DNA of 64,000 nucleotides from positions 6,448,001 through 6,512,000 of the forward strand of contig OZ059899.1 in the NCBI GenBank assembly GCA_964057225.1, read 5' to 3'. A program made the translations under genes and the position numbers. The stretch comes from Auanema rhodensis (taxonomy: Eukaryota; Animalia; Nematoda). A model generated the notes under the pieces. The model was not told where the DNA came from. It did no database searches and saw nothing but the letters and a program-made list of their open reading frames with translations. This document shows, one piece after another, positions 1 to 13,097 of the stretch; positions within the stretch are counted from its first letter, which is position 1, and each line of letters opens with the position of its first letter.

Positions 1-506
1 ACAAATTTTTATCCTAAGTACAGCAGTAGCCTTTTGACTATTGGTAAGTATATTCTTTTTTTGTTGAGTAAAAGGGGACAAATAGAAAAATATGTGGTAG
101 TTCAGTAATATTTGTCGTTTTACTATAAACGAATAAAAATAGAATAAGAATTTGGCTTCTAAACCCTGACACAACCATACATACATGCATAGCTTCATGA
201 ATCATCATTAATTCATGGAAAACTCCCAAAAAAAACTAAATAGATAGAAGAAAATGGTGATGAGAGCTGAAAAAAGGTAACAACTTTTTAAGGGAAGAAA
301 GTCTCTTCGAGAAAAAAACTAAGAAGACGAAAACAAAAAAAAAAGAAAACATGTATACACAAATGTATACGATATGTTTTCTTTTTGTAAAATTTAAAGA
401 AAGACTCTTCATTTACTTATTTATACTTTGAGTGTTACTTTATTTCAATCTCTGCTTTCTATCTCTCTCTTTTTTTTTATTCTCAGCACGCATTACTATT
501 CAAATC

Positions 507-2346
507 ATGAACCTTTCATTGACTCTGTTGCTTATTCCCATTTTGCTGGATTACGGTAATTCGTGGAATTGAGAAGAGATTGAGCATAAATACACTCAGC
601 TTTCATTTCTCGTCATCGAGCTAAAGAATGATTGAGATGAAAGTGCCCAGAGCACAAATCGTTCACAATTGATTTTCTTAATATATATAGATATATGTCC
701 TGAGGCGTTGTCATAAAACTCATGAAGAGCAGTTCTGGTCTCAACTTCATGAGAGCTAAAAAGAGCAAGAGGAGGGAGAGGAAGGAAATGATTCTCAAGC
801 TCAAAAAGCAATTAAGCCAAACTCTGCTTAAACTACTAAAATTCTCGTTTACTAAAAATCGTTTATTAGCAATAGAAACACTTTTTTGTTGTTTTTTCTA
901 TTTGAAAGAAGAATATTTGTCTCAGATTACTATGAGAATCTGTGTTTTTTCATCATTCTTATCCGTACTATTTTTCTGTTTTCCAACGTTGAACAACCAT
1001 ATAACTAAAAAAATATCCCTTCACTATTTCAACAAAAACATTTCTTCTACTTTTATTGAATACTAAAGCCTCTTGTTTGGTTGAAGGAAGGATGTGGACG
1101 TTGTGATGGTAGTTTGTAAGAGTCATTGTTGCTTTTGACACCAGATGTTTGTCACATTCTAAGATTACTAATATGAGCTTTCTCAACTATCCTCAAGCTG
1201 CCTCCTGCTCTCGTATTTTTCTCAAATTGCAACTCATTTATCTTTCACTTTCTGCTCTATTTGGAGGGAGCGAGCATCAAAAATGGGGGATATGATGAGA
1301 AGGAGAGAACACTCCCTGATCTAGTCTGGGAGTTGAAATTACAATTCTACATCTTTCATTGCTTCATTAATGTCTTTCAAACGTTTCTTTTATAATGTAC
1401 TCTTTGAGGGAATGTTCTTGACTGAAAATGCAAAAAAGGACATGAAACCAATAGGCTAAACCTCCGAAGAGATAGAAATATATTTGAATTTCGAAGCACT
1501 GAAACGAAATGAAGAGAACTAAGCTCACTCACTTGAATTAACAATTTTTTTGATTTACCGTTTGATTGAATAGAGAAAACTCTAAATAAAAAATATATCT
1601 AAGCTATGTATATAGTCTTATTTATTCAAAATGTAGAAAAGTCTAAAAGACCTTTCCAATCTCAAAACTGATATTAGTTTTAAACAATGAAACTTTTTCT
1701 CGTCAACATCTTTCGGATATAAAACTATTGAAAAATTGTTGAATAAAGCGTGGCAAAATAAACTTTCAAAGAAAAACAAAAATGAATTTTCAATTAGAAA
1801 ATATCAAAAACATTCCTGTTACTTTCAGCCGTTGGTACTGTTTTGGTTGTTGGAATGGTTGGAACCATTATTGGTGGAGGTGTCTATTTGAAGTAAATTT
1901 ATTAATTTTCACTGCAACACACAAAAATAAATGTTTTTCAGACGTAGACGTGATTACATAGATGACAGCGACTATGCTCCTTATGCTGGATCAGGTCCTG
2001 GATTCGGGGTTCGTGGAAAGAAGGTGGGTTAATGTTTCACTGGAAAAGGATTTGCATATTCATGATTTTTCCAGCCTGATGCTCAAGATGAGAAGATGGC
2101 CTACAAAGCCCAACTTCATCATTACCAGCAAACAAAGCAGAAGATTATCTGTGGTGATGCCGTACCAGGTATTCTAACATCAAAAATCTTTCATCTTCTT
2201 ACTATTACCATATTATAGCCGGAATGGATTCCGAGGGAGAAGATGAAGTGGATGACGAGAATAACTTCAGTGTTTACGAATGCCCAGGATTGGCTCCAAC
2301 AGGAGATATGGAAGTAATCAATCCCAACTTCTGCGCCAACCCTTAA
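507..2346 (+). CDS. cab-1: NPDC1/CAB-1 family single-pass membrane protein (short isoform, or 3' part of a longer gene)
   Basis: Exons 1829-1892, 1942-2023, 2075-2168 and 2219-2346 splice in frame (GT-AG) to a TM segment VGTVLVVGMVGTIIGGGVYL, then RRRDY..DYAPYAGSGPG, DEKMAYKAQLHHYQQTKQKII and ENNFSVYECPGLAPTGDMEVINPNF, the conserved NPDC1 C-terminus. Candidate first exon 507-555 (MNLSLTLLLIPILLDY) is phase-compatible but less certain; longer upstream exons may lie outside the window. Confidence 0.88.
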
Positions 2347-4019
2347 ACTGTCACCGTTAGCCCCGCCCCCAATCCTGTGTACCATCAATTACTATCCAAT
2401 CAAAATAACCCCGCTCTCCCATACCGTAACCCAATGCATACTGTATCATACAGTATTTTTCAAAAGTGAACAATTACTATTAAATTTTAATAATGTTTGG
2501 TTAGTCCTCAACAACAACAAAAAGATCTGATAATTATATTTGATATATCCTTACATTACGTAGTTATTTCTTCACCGGTGCTAACTGTTATATCTGATCG
2601 AAAATAGCCAATTATTCAAATATAATTCTTATTGAATTATTAAGAATATATTCTATTAACAAGTTCAATATTACAGTTTGTTTTTCCGGAAATTAATTCT
2701 GTTTTTTAATATTTTTTTCAGAACAAAATTTCTATCTTGTTTTATATCTTTCCTCGTTTTTTTATAATTCTATATTACCATCTAGTTCATGATGCCGGTG
2801 AACTTCTGAAAGCCATGTCTACTATCTGTTCTCTGGGCTCATTCCTTCCGCCTTTCCATATTCAATTCGATGCTGTCGTCACACAATTCTTTTTGAGAAT
2901 ATCTCGTGACTTCACGTAGCTCTAAATCGATAAGCTCAGTGAACAACAATGATATGTTTAACATGGGGGCTCTTCAGAAGATATGAGAAAAAAGTACCAT
3001 CACTAGAGAAAAATGCTGAAAGATGTTCTATTTAGTCCGAGAAACAAGCAAAATTTCTATTTTCATACTTCAGGCTTTATAATTGTACCGCTATATAACA
3101 TTCTCCCTCAGTGGGCTGTCGTAACCTGTCAGGTTGTATGAAATAAATCTTCCGTTCCTCTCTCCTAATCTTTTGTTATATTTCATCATTTATATGTCAC
3201 AAATGCATTTTTTTATGTAAAATTTAGAAATTTTCAATCTTTGTTTGAACGAAAAAAAAAAAACTAAATTTTGCATACAAAAGTTTTTTTTGTGATAAAT
3301 CAGTAACAGCAGGCATTTCTGTAACTAATTCCTGAAAATATTTTATATTTCAGTTGAATATTTTTACGGCGGGGTTACAAGTGTTAAGATCTTCTTTTCA
3401 TGTAATTTATTCTCTACAAATTATATGTAAAGTTTGATAAATTATGTGTTTCAATACTGATTGTATTTGAAACTTGATTAAGACGCCAAAAACATTGTTT
3501 TATGGACGATCTAATTGATAAATCTCTTAACTGTTATTTCAATAAAACACACATAACATTAATAATAATAATACAAAATATGAAAATGATTATATGAAAT
3601 TTTCATTTGATGACATCAAATTGTTATAAACTTTTCTATGAACAATCTAAATTATTCATGTATATTATACGAATTATAATAGATTATTCTATATAAATAT
3701 ATAAAAATTAAAAGAAAAAGCTGTCTCTAGTAAGTAAAGAAGTAAAGGAAAAAGGGGTGAGAGAGAGATTATTTGAAAAAAAAACATAAAAAAAGTTATT
3801 TCTGTGTTCAACAAGTCATAATACTGAAAAGGTTTCTTTCATACTACGTGGACAATGCAGCTTTGCCAACAAGACTTGAAGCAACAACGATGAAATAATA
3901 GTAATTGATTGACTTGGTCAGCAAATAAGGAATTTTGACTAATATTTGAGATTATTTCATTTTATTTTAAAATCAATAAAGAGTTTTTATTTCATATAAA
4001 ATATTCTTTTTAAAAACAA

Positions 4020-5930
4020 ATGGTATTTAAATTAATTTTCAAACATTGTTCTACTGGATTATATATATTATCAGTTATATTTGGGATGGTATGATGTTAT
4101 AATTATTATATTAAATATATTTATTATATTATTATACTTTTGTAGATAATATTCTCAAATATACTTGACTACTTATTTCCATTAGAAGATGATATAACAT
4201 TCTCAAACAATCATTGGCTTGACGTCAAAGATATACCATTACATGAAATTTATGATATTACTGGCCCTCAAGCAGAATATCAGGTATACAAAGAGATTCA
4301 AGATTATCTCTTTCAACAGGTTTGATATTTCAACTAATTATAATATAAGTTAATGACATTGATACATCAATCTATTTATACAATATATATATATATACTA
4401 TATTATATTATATATAATATATAGTATAATATATAGTATAATATATAGTATAATATATAGTATATAACCATGTTATTACAGCCACGAACTTTGATAGATC
4501 AAATATGTAATAACGATAAATGTTATGAAGTCTATGATTTTCCGTTGAAGACTAATTTGTAAGAATATTTTAAATTTATTTCATAAAATAAATAATATTA
4601 AATATTAAAATATTATATACATACATATGTATATATATTTGAAAAAATAATGAAGATATACATTCATATAATGGCATGTATAGACAATCGTTCATAAATA
4701 ATATTTAAATTAAAATAAAATGAATATTCAAATCATGTGGGACGTGAAATAATTTATTTTTATATAATAAACTTCTATGAAAAATTTATATTTCTTAAGG
4801 TAGAATAAGAAATTTTATTTATAGCTTGACACTTGTTAGACAATTGGTTGAAAAAGGAGAAGTTGAGAGTGAAATAGGTATAGCGGAATTAGAACCACCA
4901 GCAGGTCAGAAAGTTATTTTAGATTTGAATATATTATATATAAATATAAATATTTATTTATTTATATAAACAAATTTAATTTATTTAAGTTTTAACATGG
5001 TCTAATACAAATACAAGTACATGGAATATCTTTACTTTGATATTTCAATCAAAACATACAAAAGCAATCGTAGCTTCAGCATTTTTTACTAAAGTAAATG
5101 AAATATTCATTAACATTATTATAATATTTATGAATATTTATCCTTTTATTCAGGGATTAGAAATCGAAAATCCAACTAAGCAACAGGATGTATTGGTACT
5201 TGGGTCAGGAACTGGAGCCATATCAAGCTTATTATTACAAATGGATCATTTATTAGTTCATAATCAAAACAAATTATATTAAATAATTAATTATATTTAT
5301 AGATTAATATAACTGAAGTTCAACCAATTAATGAAATTATACAATTATCTAATAAATGGTTTTCACATACCAATCCGTCTATATATAAGGAAAATATAAC
5401 TGATTTCATTATTCACCAATCTGTTGCAGGTTTTTTAAATTTATTTATATATTATTATTATTTTAAATAAATAAATATATATTTTAAGGCATTAAATATT
5501 CAGCTATCATTATTGAATATTGTGAAAAAAATATTTGTCCATCAAACGAAATTATACAAAGTCAAATTATTAAAGATTTAGTTTCAATTACAGCACAAAA
5601 AGGTATTTTATCAACATTTTTATTGAAAAATACAATTTTTTCCAGGAACACTCATAGTTTATCTTCGAAATACTGATAATAATGAACTTCTTCAAACTTT
5701 CCAAGATAACTTCCAATCCTGCTTTCTTTTTACATATGATTTTCAAAAGAATTATCAGGTCTTAGCTATTCATTTATTCTCATAATATCTTATTTTACAT
5801 TAAGATTCTTGTGTGTTCTCATCAAAAAAATTGGACATGGAAGGAGAATAAAGAGATATTCAAAAAAAATTTTAGAAAAGTCGATGATATTTTAGATCTC
5901 AAAATCATGTATCAATACGAAAATATATAA
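4020..5930 (+). CDS. Class I SAM-dependent methyltransferase-like protein (spermidine-synthase/METTL13-C-terminal-like fold) with N-terminal membrane anchor
   Basis: Ten exons splice in frame from ATG 4020 to TAA 5930. Features: hydrophobic N-terminus (GLYILSVIFGMIIFSNIL), motif I DVLVLGSGTGAISSLL, beta2 INITEVQP, WF, KYSAIIIEYC...ICPS, GTLIVYL and FQSCF...QILVCS. Confidence 0.75.
4405..4464 (+). repeat. 12-bp tandem repeat (TAATATATAGTA) in an intron of the methyltransferase gene
   Basis: About 4-5 consecutive units visible. Confidence 0.8.
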
Positions 5931-6625
5931 ATTTATATATTTTGAGCAAGTTTAGTAAACTTATTTGCTTATAACAACTTCATATTAAGGAAATTTTGTA
6001 ACTTTAACCAATCATTTTAACAAGTCTTATTTAGAATTTTTATTGTTTTATTTAATTATTTAAATAAACAAAATAATACAATAAAAACAAAAAAACATAT
6101 AAATTTCTTAAATAAAACATTTAGTAACATAGAGAAAAAACTTAATGATTTTAGATGATTTTCATATTAAAAACTTTAAAATATCATTATCAGAGAAAGA
6201 TTTAGCACTCGTTTATACTGTACATAATCTATTAAAATTATAAAAAAATTGATCAAACTATACAAAATAATAAAAAAAAGAGAATTTAATTGAAAAATAT
6301 AATTTAATTATTTAAAAGAAAATTTAATAGAAAATTCTTGTCATAATAATTTTCAAAAATAGTTTTCAATCAAATAATATTTTTGATCACAATTGATCAA
6401 ACTATATAAAATATTCATTGTATTATATGTAACTAAATATGATATATATACTATAAAAATGAACAAGTAAAGGTATAAAATAACTTTATTGATTTGATTA
6501 TGTTTTCCTTTTTGGATAAAAAAACTTCAGTTATCAAAGATGTAACCAACAGAAAAAAAACAACTTTTTATTATATATTTATCATTATGGTAAGGGTAAT
6601 ATTAATATAAATAAACTATTTAAGG

Positions 6626-8787
6626 ATGGAAGCCGAGGAAAATCGTATAAATAAATTAATTAGCAGAATTTATAACGATGATCTTATTATGAGACAAGTA
6701 TTCAAGAATATTCCATCATTCAAGGTTATATTTTTATAATTTTTGTTTAAATTTAATTTTTAAGGATCGACAATTAATTGAATTATCATCTTTAAGACTT
6801 TATGCTTTATCTTGTCAAACACCTTGTCAAATGGAAAATGTTCTTCGTTTAACTATATGTTATGCTAACTCATCTAAAGATGATATGCTTGTTTTTATTG
6901 AAAAATCATCTGGTTCAACTTTTACTAAAGTTTCTGATTTAAGTTTTGTAAGATCTAGACAACGATATAGTTAGTTTTAATTAATTTATTATTTATCTAT
7001 TTATTTATTTTAAGTGGAAGTTTTGGAATTATTAAGCAGACGATTCTGGCCAGAAATTCAAAGCATAGTATATCAGGATTGCTTAAATCAGAAAATACTT
7101 CAAGCTATTAATGAATACTTTCCAAAAGTTGATGAAATAAACTGTACAGGATTTACTGCTGATGGATTGGATTATTGTTTGTTTATCATTAATTTTGTCA
7201 ATTTTTTTTATATTTTAGTGAATAATACAAAGCATAATCTATGGAAAAGAATTGAAAAATTTGGATTTATGGACTTTGATTTACCATCTCAATCAGTTCA
7301 GAAAGTTTTTGTAAGAAAACTGTTTTTTGAATTAAAAAATATTTCATATTGATTATAGAAAACTTTTGTTTCATTGAAACATATTCAGTGTTGGATTCAA
7401 CGAAAATGGCCAACTAAATTGTTTTTAGAAGAACTAGAATTAACACCTCAAATAGAAATATTATCTGTTGAGTAAGTTTTATAAAATATTTTTTATTATA
7501 ATATTATTATATGTTTATAGACATTTGGCAACAAATAATAGAGATGTAATGAATTTAAAAACATTTTCTAATTATTTCAAAACTATACGATTTTCTGATC
7601 CGGTTACCTTCAATTCAGGCATGTTAAGATCACTAATCCAAACAACTAATGTAAGTTTTTCTTAAAGTTTTGTATTAAAATTATTTGTTTTAGTTAACTC
7701 ACCTTGAAGTAACATTATTACATTTAACTCAAAATGAAGTAATTGAATTTTTTACTAGTAAGATATATTATTTAAAAGAAAAATATTTATTATAAAATAT
7801 ATTTTAGAAATTAAAATATGTCAACTAAAACGTGTTTGTTTATCAGAATGTAGATATGACAACGAACTATTATTGGTTATTAGAAATAGTGAAATATATA
7901 ATTCAAAGTTAGAAGATATGAAAATAAAGTAAGAATTTATAATTTATTTATATTTAAAAAAATATTTTCAAAGATGTTGGGAATTAAAAGGTAACTTAGA
8001 TTTACCCCTTTTGAGTATATGTCCAAGCTCATTAAAAAAGTTGGTAGTAGATGATTGTACGTTATTTAGAAACGATTTAGAATTTATTGAAAAGGTAAGT
8101 AAAAACTTCAGTTTAGTATGCAGTTTTATGTATTCAGAATTGTCAAAATCTTTGTGATTTTACATTAATCCCATCTTTTAACGATGGATTTGTTATTGAC
8201 TTTGAATGTGTTGACGATGTAAAGATACTTCGACTAGAACATATCTATAAGGTTTGTTGATATTGAAGTAATTCAACCATAATGAATAGATTATTTGAAG
8301 ACGTTAAAGACATTACCAAAGCTAACAACATTCAAAGTTGTAGAACTCATGGAGCCAGAATTTCTATCAACTCTTTGTAATGAAATGCCCAACATTGATA
8401 CAGCCCACTTTCGAATGCAAAGAATTAACAGAGATCGTGCTTATAATTTGGTTAGTTAATATAATTTTTTAATTTATTATAATCTATTATATATTTTAGT
8501 TAAAATTGTTTTATGAAAAGGTTACTATAACTCAAGGTATTTTCACATATAAAAGCTTTTTTGATGATATAAGCACTTCTAATGAGTTTGATGATTTTTA
8601 TTGGAAAGAATGGGGAAATGCTGTTAATCAAGCTCGTTGTCGAACATTACAGAATTGTTCATGGTTTATGGAAGAATATTTAACATCTGATATAACCGAT
8701 AATGATTATACAACAAGATGGAATATAATTCTTCAGAATCGAAGGAAGAATTGCCCAAAAGAGTTTTCTTCTTTGAATGTTTTATAA
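6626..8787 (+). CDS. F-box-like / leucine-rich-repeat (RNI-like) protein
   Basis: Multi-exon in-frame model. The N-terminal DDLIMRQVFKNIPSFKDRQLIELSSLRL resembles an F-box motif. It is followed by LRR-like units (LTHLEV, LKRVCLSEC, LKKLVVDDC, LKTLPKLTTFKV). The last exon is the 8506-8787 ORF. Confidence 0.68.
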
Positions 8788-9342
8788 ATAGTTCAAATAG
8801 CTATAACACATTATAAATTATATTAGATGATTTCTCTGTATATTTGAAATACAATTGATTAGATATGTTATATTTTTTAACAAACAAATATATGTATATA
8901 TATATATATTGATATATATTGATATAGTTAAGAAACAGAACAATTACTATTATTATTTGTATATATTTCAACGCTGAAACATCAAAATAAAGCTATTTTA
9001 CTTCATTTTATCATTAAAATTACTAATTTGGGTTCATTGAAATTATCTTCTCAATATTTATTATTTCATCTTTCAATCATAGGCATCAATTTCATTAATA
9101 AATCAAATTTTAACAGAACATTACAACATTGAATTCATATACTACATAAGCTATTTGAATTTTTTAGTTTTTTGCCGTTTGATACCAGAAATCTTTTGCT
9201 AGGATTTAGATTTTGTATCCGTTCGTTTCTAAAGATGATATGACAATTGTTAATAATCGAATGAATAATTTGTGAGTTTCATTCATTTTTTTACTATTTT
9301 TTACTCGTATATCAGTAAATTTTAAATTATTTAACTCGTGAA

Positions 9343-12300
9343 TTAAATGGGTAAGTTGGCTTCCATACGAAATATTACTGGTATTATTAGGAAAAACGAT
9401 ATAGTAAATAGAGTAGCTAATAGGAAAAGAAACAATAATAGTCTGTCAACAACTGAAGCTAACTGTTGCCATTGCCATTGTATTCGTTGACGTTCATCCA
9501 ATATCTAGAAGATTATAATATAAAATTATCTTTTTTTGAAATATACTTTTTAATAATTCATTTTGATTAATCTGTTCAACAAAGTGATTGAAAATTCTCA
9601 CGCAATTCACGTGAATATCACACGTACTTCATTTTTCTATGAAACGTAATGAAATGCGGTTGAATCTACTAACTATAGATTTTAAAAAATATTATTTTCT
9701 TATTTAAAATATTTAATTTTTACTTAAAACTAATTTTATATAAATACAAATTTTTGAAATAAAATGAATAGAATTTTACCTCTTCTCGTATTTCATGCTG
9801 TTGTAGAGATCTGTAAATTCGCTTCAGAATTCTACGAAACCGATTCTCGAATTCTGTTAACATGAGTGGTCTACTTGAGCTCATTCTTGGCATAATCTTG
9901 AAAATAGATTTTTGAGATTCAACAACATTACTTATTTCAGTTTACTTGTTCCGAAACAATGCGTCCTATGAAAGCACTTTCACTAGCAATTTCACTTTTA
10001 CCTCTTCCATTAGCTGCTTGACTGGTTAATATTGAAATCAATCCAATTTCACTAGCTAATGAATCCTATAACATTTTTTAAATAAAAATTGAAATAAAGA
10101 ACTAAATGGCTCACAGTTACTTCCATACATTCACATTCTACAGCCTTAGTGGAAGTATCTCGTCCTTTTCTATTTTCAAGATTTTTTATTCTTTTCAAAT
10201 CTCTCAATATAGAACTTCTTCTTAAAGTAGATTTTTTGCTCTAAATGAATTATTTATGTTTCAGAAATATGAAAATATAAAAGAATTTGAGAATTAGAAC
10301 GATATGAATAATCAATTTCTCACTTGAGCTGTTTTCAAAAGTGCAATACTATCTGGTTCCCTGATAGGGATTCTCATAAAAGTCGCTAAATATCCAAGAA
10401 TATATTTTTCCATCCAGTAAGGAACATGTCTTCCTATAGAATTATGCTTTATTGTAATGAGAATGCTGAAAACAAAAATTAGTTACCCTGATTTGCAGCT
10501 CCATAACGATGCATGTTGAGCGTAATTACGTTTACACAAGTAGCAAGGCAAACCATGAATAACGATGATACATAATACATTCCTTAAAACAATTTTTGAT
10601 TATAAAAAACAAACAAAAACATCAAATTAACCGATTAATGGAACAGCTTCAGAGGTAGGAGGAATTGATTCATTTATTGATTGTAAATAAACTCCCATAG
10701 ATAGTAATGTTGTAATAATCATATTAATCTTTTCTCCAGTTTCAGGTGGCATCAAAAATCCAAGAACAGCCATAGAACTGATCAAAACACATGGAATTAT
10801 CTTAATATTTAAATTTTTGAATGATAAACTATACTAAAAACTTACATGGTTAAATACATAAAACAATGGCCTACGATGCATTTGAATTATAATTACAATT
10901 ATTGGCCAACGACTGTTCTTATTTGAAGGAAATTTGACAACCTCAAATAGTTTAACTATATATTTTATGAATTAAATATTATACTTGTCTTTGTGCTGTC
11001 ATATCAAGAAGATCAAATTCACTATTATTCATATAACTTGATAAGTCACCTCTATCTGTATTCAAACCTAAATCAATTTCTGAGATATCATGAGACCATG
11101 ATGCGAATTTCAGATGACATTCCTTTAAATGATAATATATTACTTGATATTATCATAATTTCAGCTTACTTGGTCATCAAATGGATAGTATCGAACTCGA
11201 ATTGGGCATGAACTTCTAAACAATGCTGAAAAGAGCCAGGTGACGTTACCATCAGATGTGACCATGATATCAGTTGAAACCAAGGCATCATGATATTCAC
11301 GTACAGCGCTGAAACATTCACAGTTTTATGAAATGAAGACTCTGATATTTTTAGATATTTCATTATTGAGAAATTCGATATGAAAATATATAAAATACTT
11401 CATCGCTCCGCATTTAATAGTTTTTTTAAAAATATTTTTCCTCTTATTTTAATCATTTGGCCACTTTTTTTTGAAACAAAACCAAACTGAATATAAAATC
11501 AATCCATCTATATAAATGGAATGTGTATATGTCAGTCGAATTCACTACTTTCGTAGGAAAATCTAATCAAGCAATCTGGTCGTCGTTAAAGCCAACAAAA
11601 CGCCTGAAGAGAGAAACAGACGTAGACGACTGAAGTAAATTTTATTCAGATGGAAAATGAAAAGCATTTTTCTTCTCGGATTCATAAGTTTGAATTTTTA
11701 AAGTTCAATTTTACAAGAGTTCAATAGTTACAACATTGATTGAATAAAGAGTTACCATGAAACAATCTTTATCAGAAATGCTTCATCTTTCTTTCCTTCT
11801 CAAAATATTTAAAAGCTTTTTATTTATGGGTATATAATAAAAAAAAATGTCTTAAAATGTACTTATTTAAAAAAGAAAATGTTAGAAAAACGAACTTGTT
11901 CACCAAAATAATATCAGGCTTCCACAACTTCTGATGGGGTACGTATATTGACTTGATCCCACCCCATTCGGTATAGTTCCATACTAATCTCTGATCCATC
12001 CAGTTAATATTCATCCAACTTCTTGTCGTCAATACTTGGTTTCTTTCATCCTTAAAAATAAGTTTTACATAGACCAATATGTATATAAAGCATTTAGTAT
12101 TATTCCAATGAATCTCATGAGAATATACTGAAAAGCAGAAAACAAAGCAGCCTTTGTAGCAAGTTTGTCTATCTTACATTTGCCGAAAAGCACAAGAGTA
12201 TCACATGTTTTTTTGAGATAAAAACAAACAAAGATATAGCGAGAAGTTCATGAAAACCACCAGAGCAAACTTTAAACAACAAAAGCAAAAAATTTACCAT

Positions 12301-13097
12301 TTCAACAATCTGATTTAGTAAAAACCCAAATGTAACATTTGTTTGAATACTGTGATGTATCGTAGGACGTACATCCTTTTCATATCGATCGCTGTTCAGA
12401 AGCATTCTATATAACCGTTCTTCCGTGCCATCAGCTGAGTTTTCTGGAAAGACAGCTTGAAAAAGAATGAAGTGTTTTCAGCTTATTGTTACATCAAAAT
12501 GAAAGTGATGAAACATCAAAAATTTAAGTATGACACTATGAACTTACTTGCGTGCAAAGCAAATTTCAAACGATTTTCATCAATTTTTATTATTTGTTGA
12601 TTTCCGAAAACTGGGCTCGCCTTTTCCTGTTTCTCCATTGAACTGAAAATATAAAATAACATCAAATAGTGAAATCAAGTAATAACTCACTTTGATGGAA
12701 TTGTTATGACATTAGATGGCGAAGTTTCGTTTTTCATAATTTCTCCCGAATCAGTTGTATCATTGCCATCTTGGCTCACAACTGAATCCAAAAGATTTAA
12801 AATAGTATTTTCAACTTCTCGACTGTTCTTTGGAATATGTGAAATATCTGATTCTTCTGTTGAATATGTTGTTGTAGATATATATGTAGTTAGTGTTGGA
12901 TTATTAGAAGCTATAGTTGGTTTATTCGTTAAATGATGTTCTTCTGTTGTTGTTTCATGAGCTTGAGGTGATATAGTAAAATCAACAATAGGATTTGGAT
13001 GAATAACCAATGGCTCAAAGTAATTTTTTGTTTCTGATTTCTCAGGATCAGCTATTGTTGATAACATTATGTTATGAATAATAAGCAAAAAATTCAT
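9343..13097 (-). CDS. lgc-4: Cys-loop ligand-gated ion channel, nAChR-like non-alpha subunit
   Basis: Spliced protein contains DGTEERLYRMLL..YEKDVRPTIHHS..NVTFGFLLNQIVEMDERNQ, WKPDIILVN, a Cys loop starting SSCPIRVRYYPFDDQ, M1 RRPLFYVFNHIIPCVLIS, M2 ETGEKINMIITTLLSMGVYLQ and M4 WQQLASVVDRLLLFLF. Loop C has no vicinal CC. It matches my recollection of C. elegans LGC-4 closely. Confidence 0.9.
9585..9726 (+). repeat. 142-bp dispersed repeat, copy 1 (last intron of lgc-4)
   Basis: Identical by eye to 19811-19952 (TGATTGAAAATTCTCACGCAATTCACGTGAATATC...TTTTTACTTA). Confidence 0.92.

Noticed and set aside
336-388. Hairpin AAAAGAAAACAT..ATGTTTTCTTTT as a pre-miRNA
   Set aside because: Low-complexity A/U stem; such folds are expected by chance in this genome.
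2438-2456. Small hairpins (cab-1 3'UTR 2438-2456; about 50768-50790; about 59994-60011)
   Set aside because: Stems of 7-9 bp are within chance expectation for 64 kb of AT-rich DNA.
11751-11763. X-box-like GTTACCATGAAAC (also GTTGTCATAGCAAA near 35073)
   Set aside because: Imperfect matches to the 14-bp DAF-19/RFX consensus and not in promoter-proximal positions.
9343-13097. Calling the channel a nicotinic alpha subunit
   Set aside because: Loop C (EVVKFPSNKNSRWP) lacks the vicinal cysteines.
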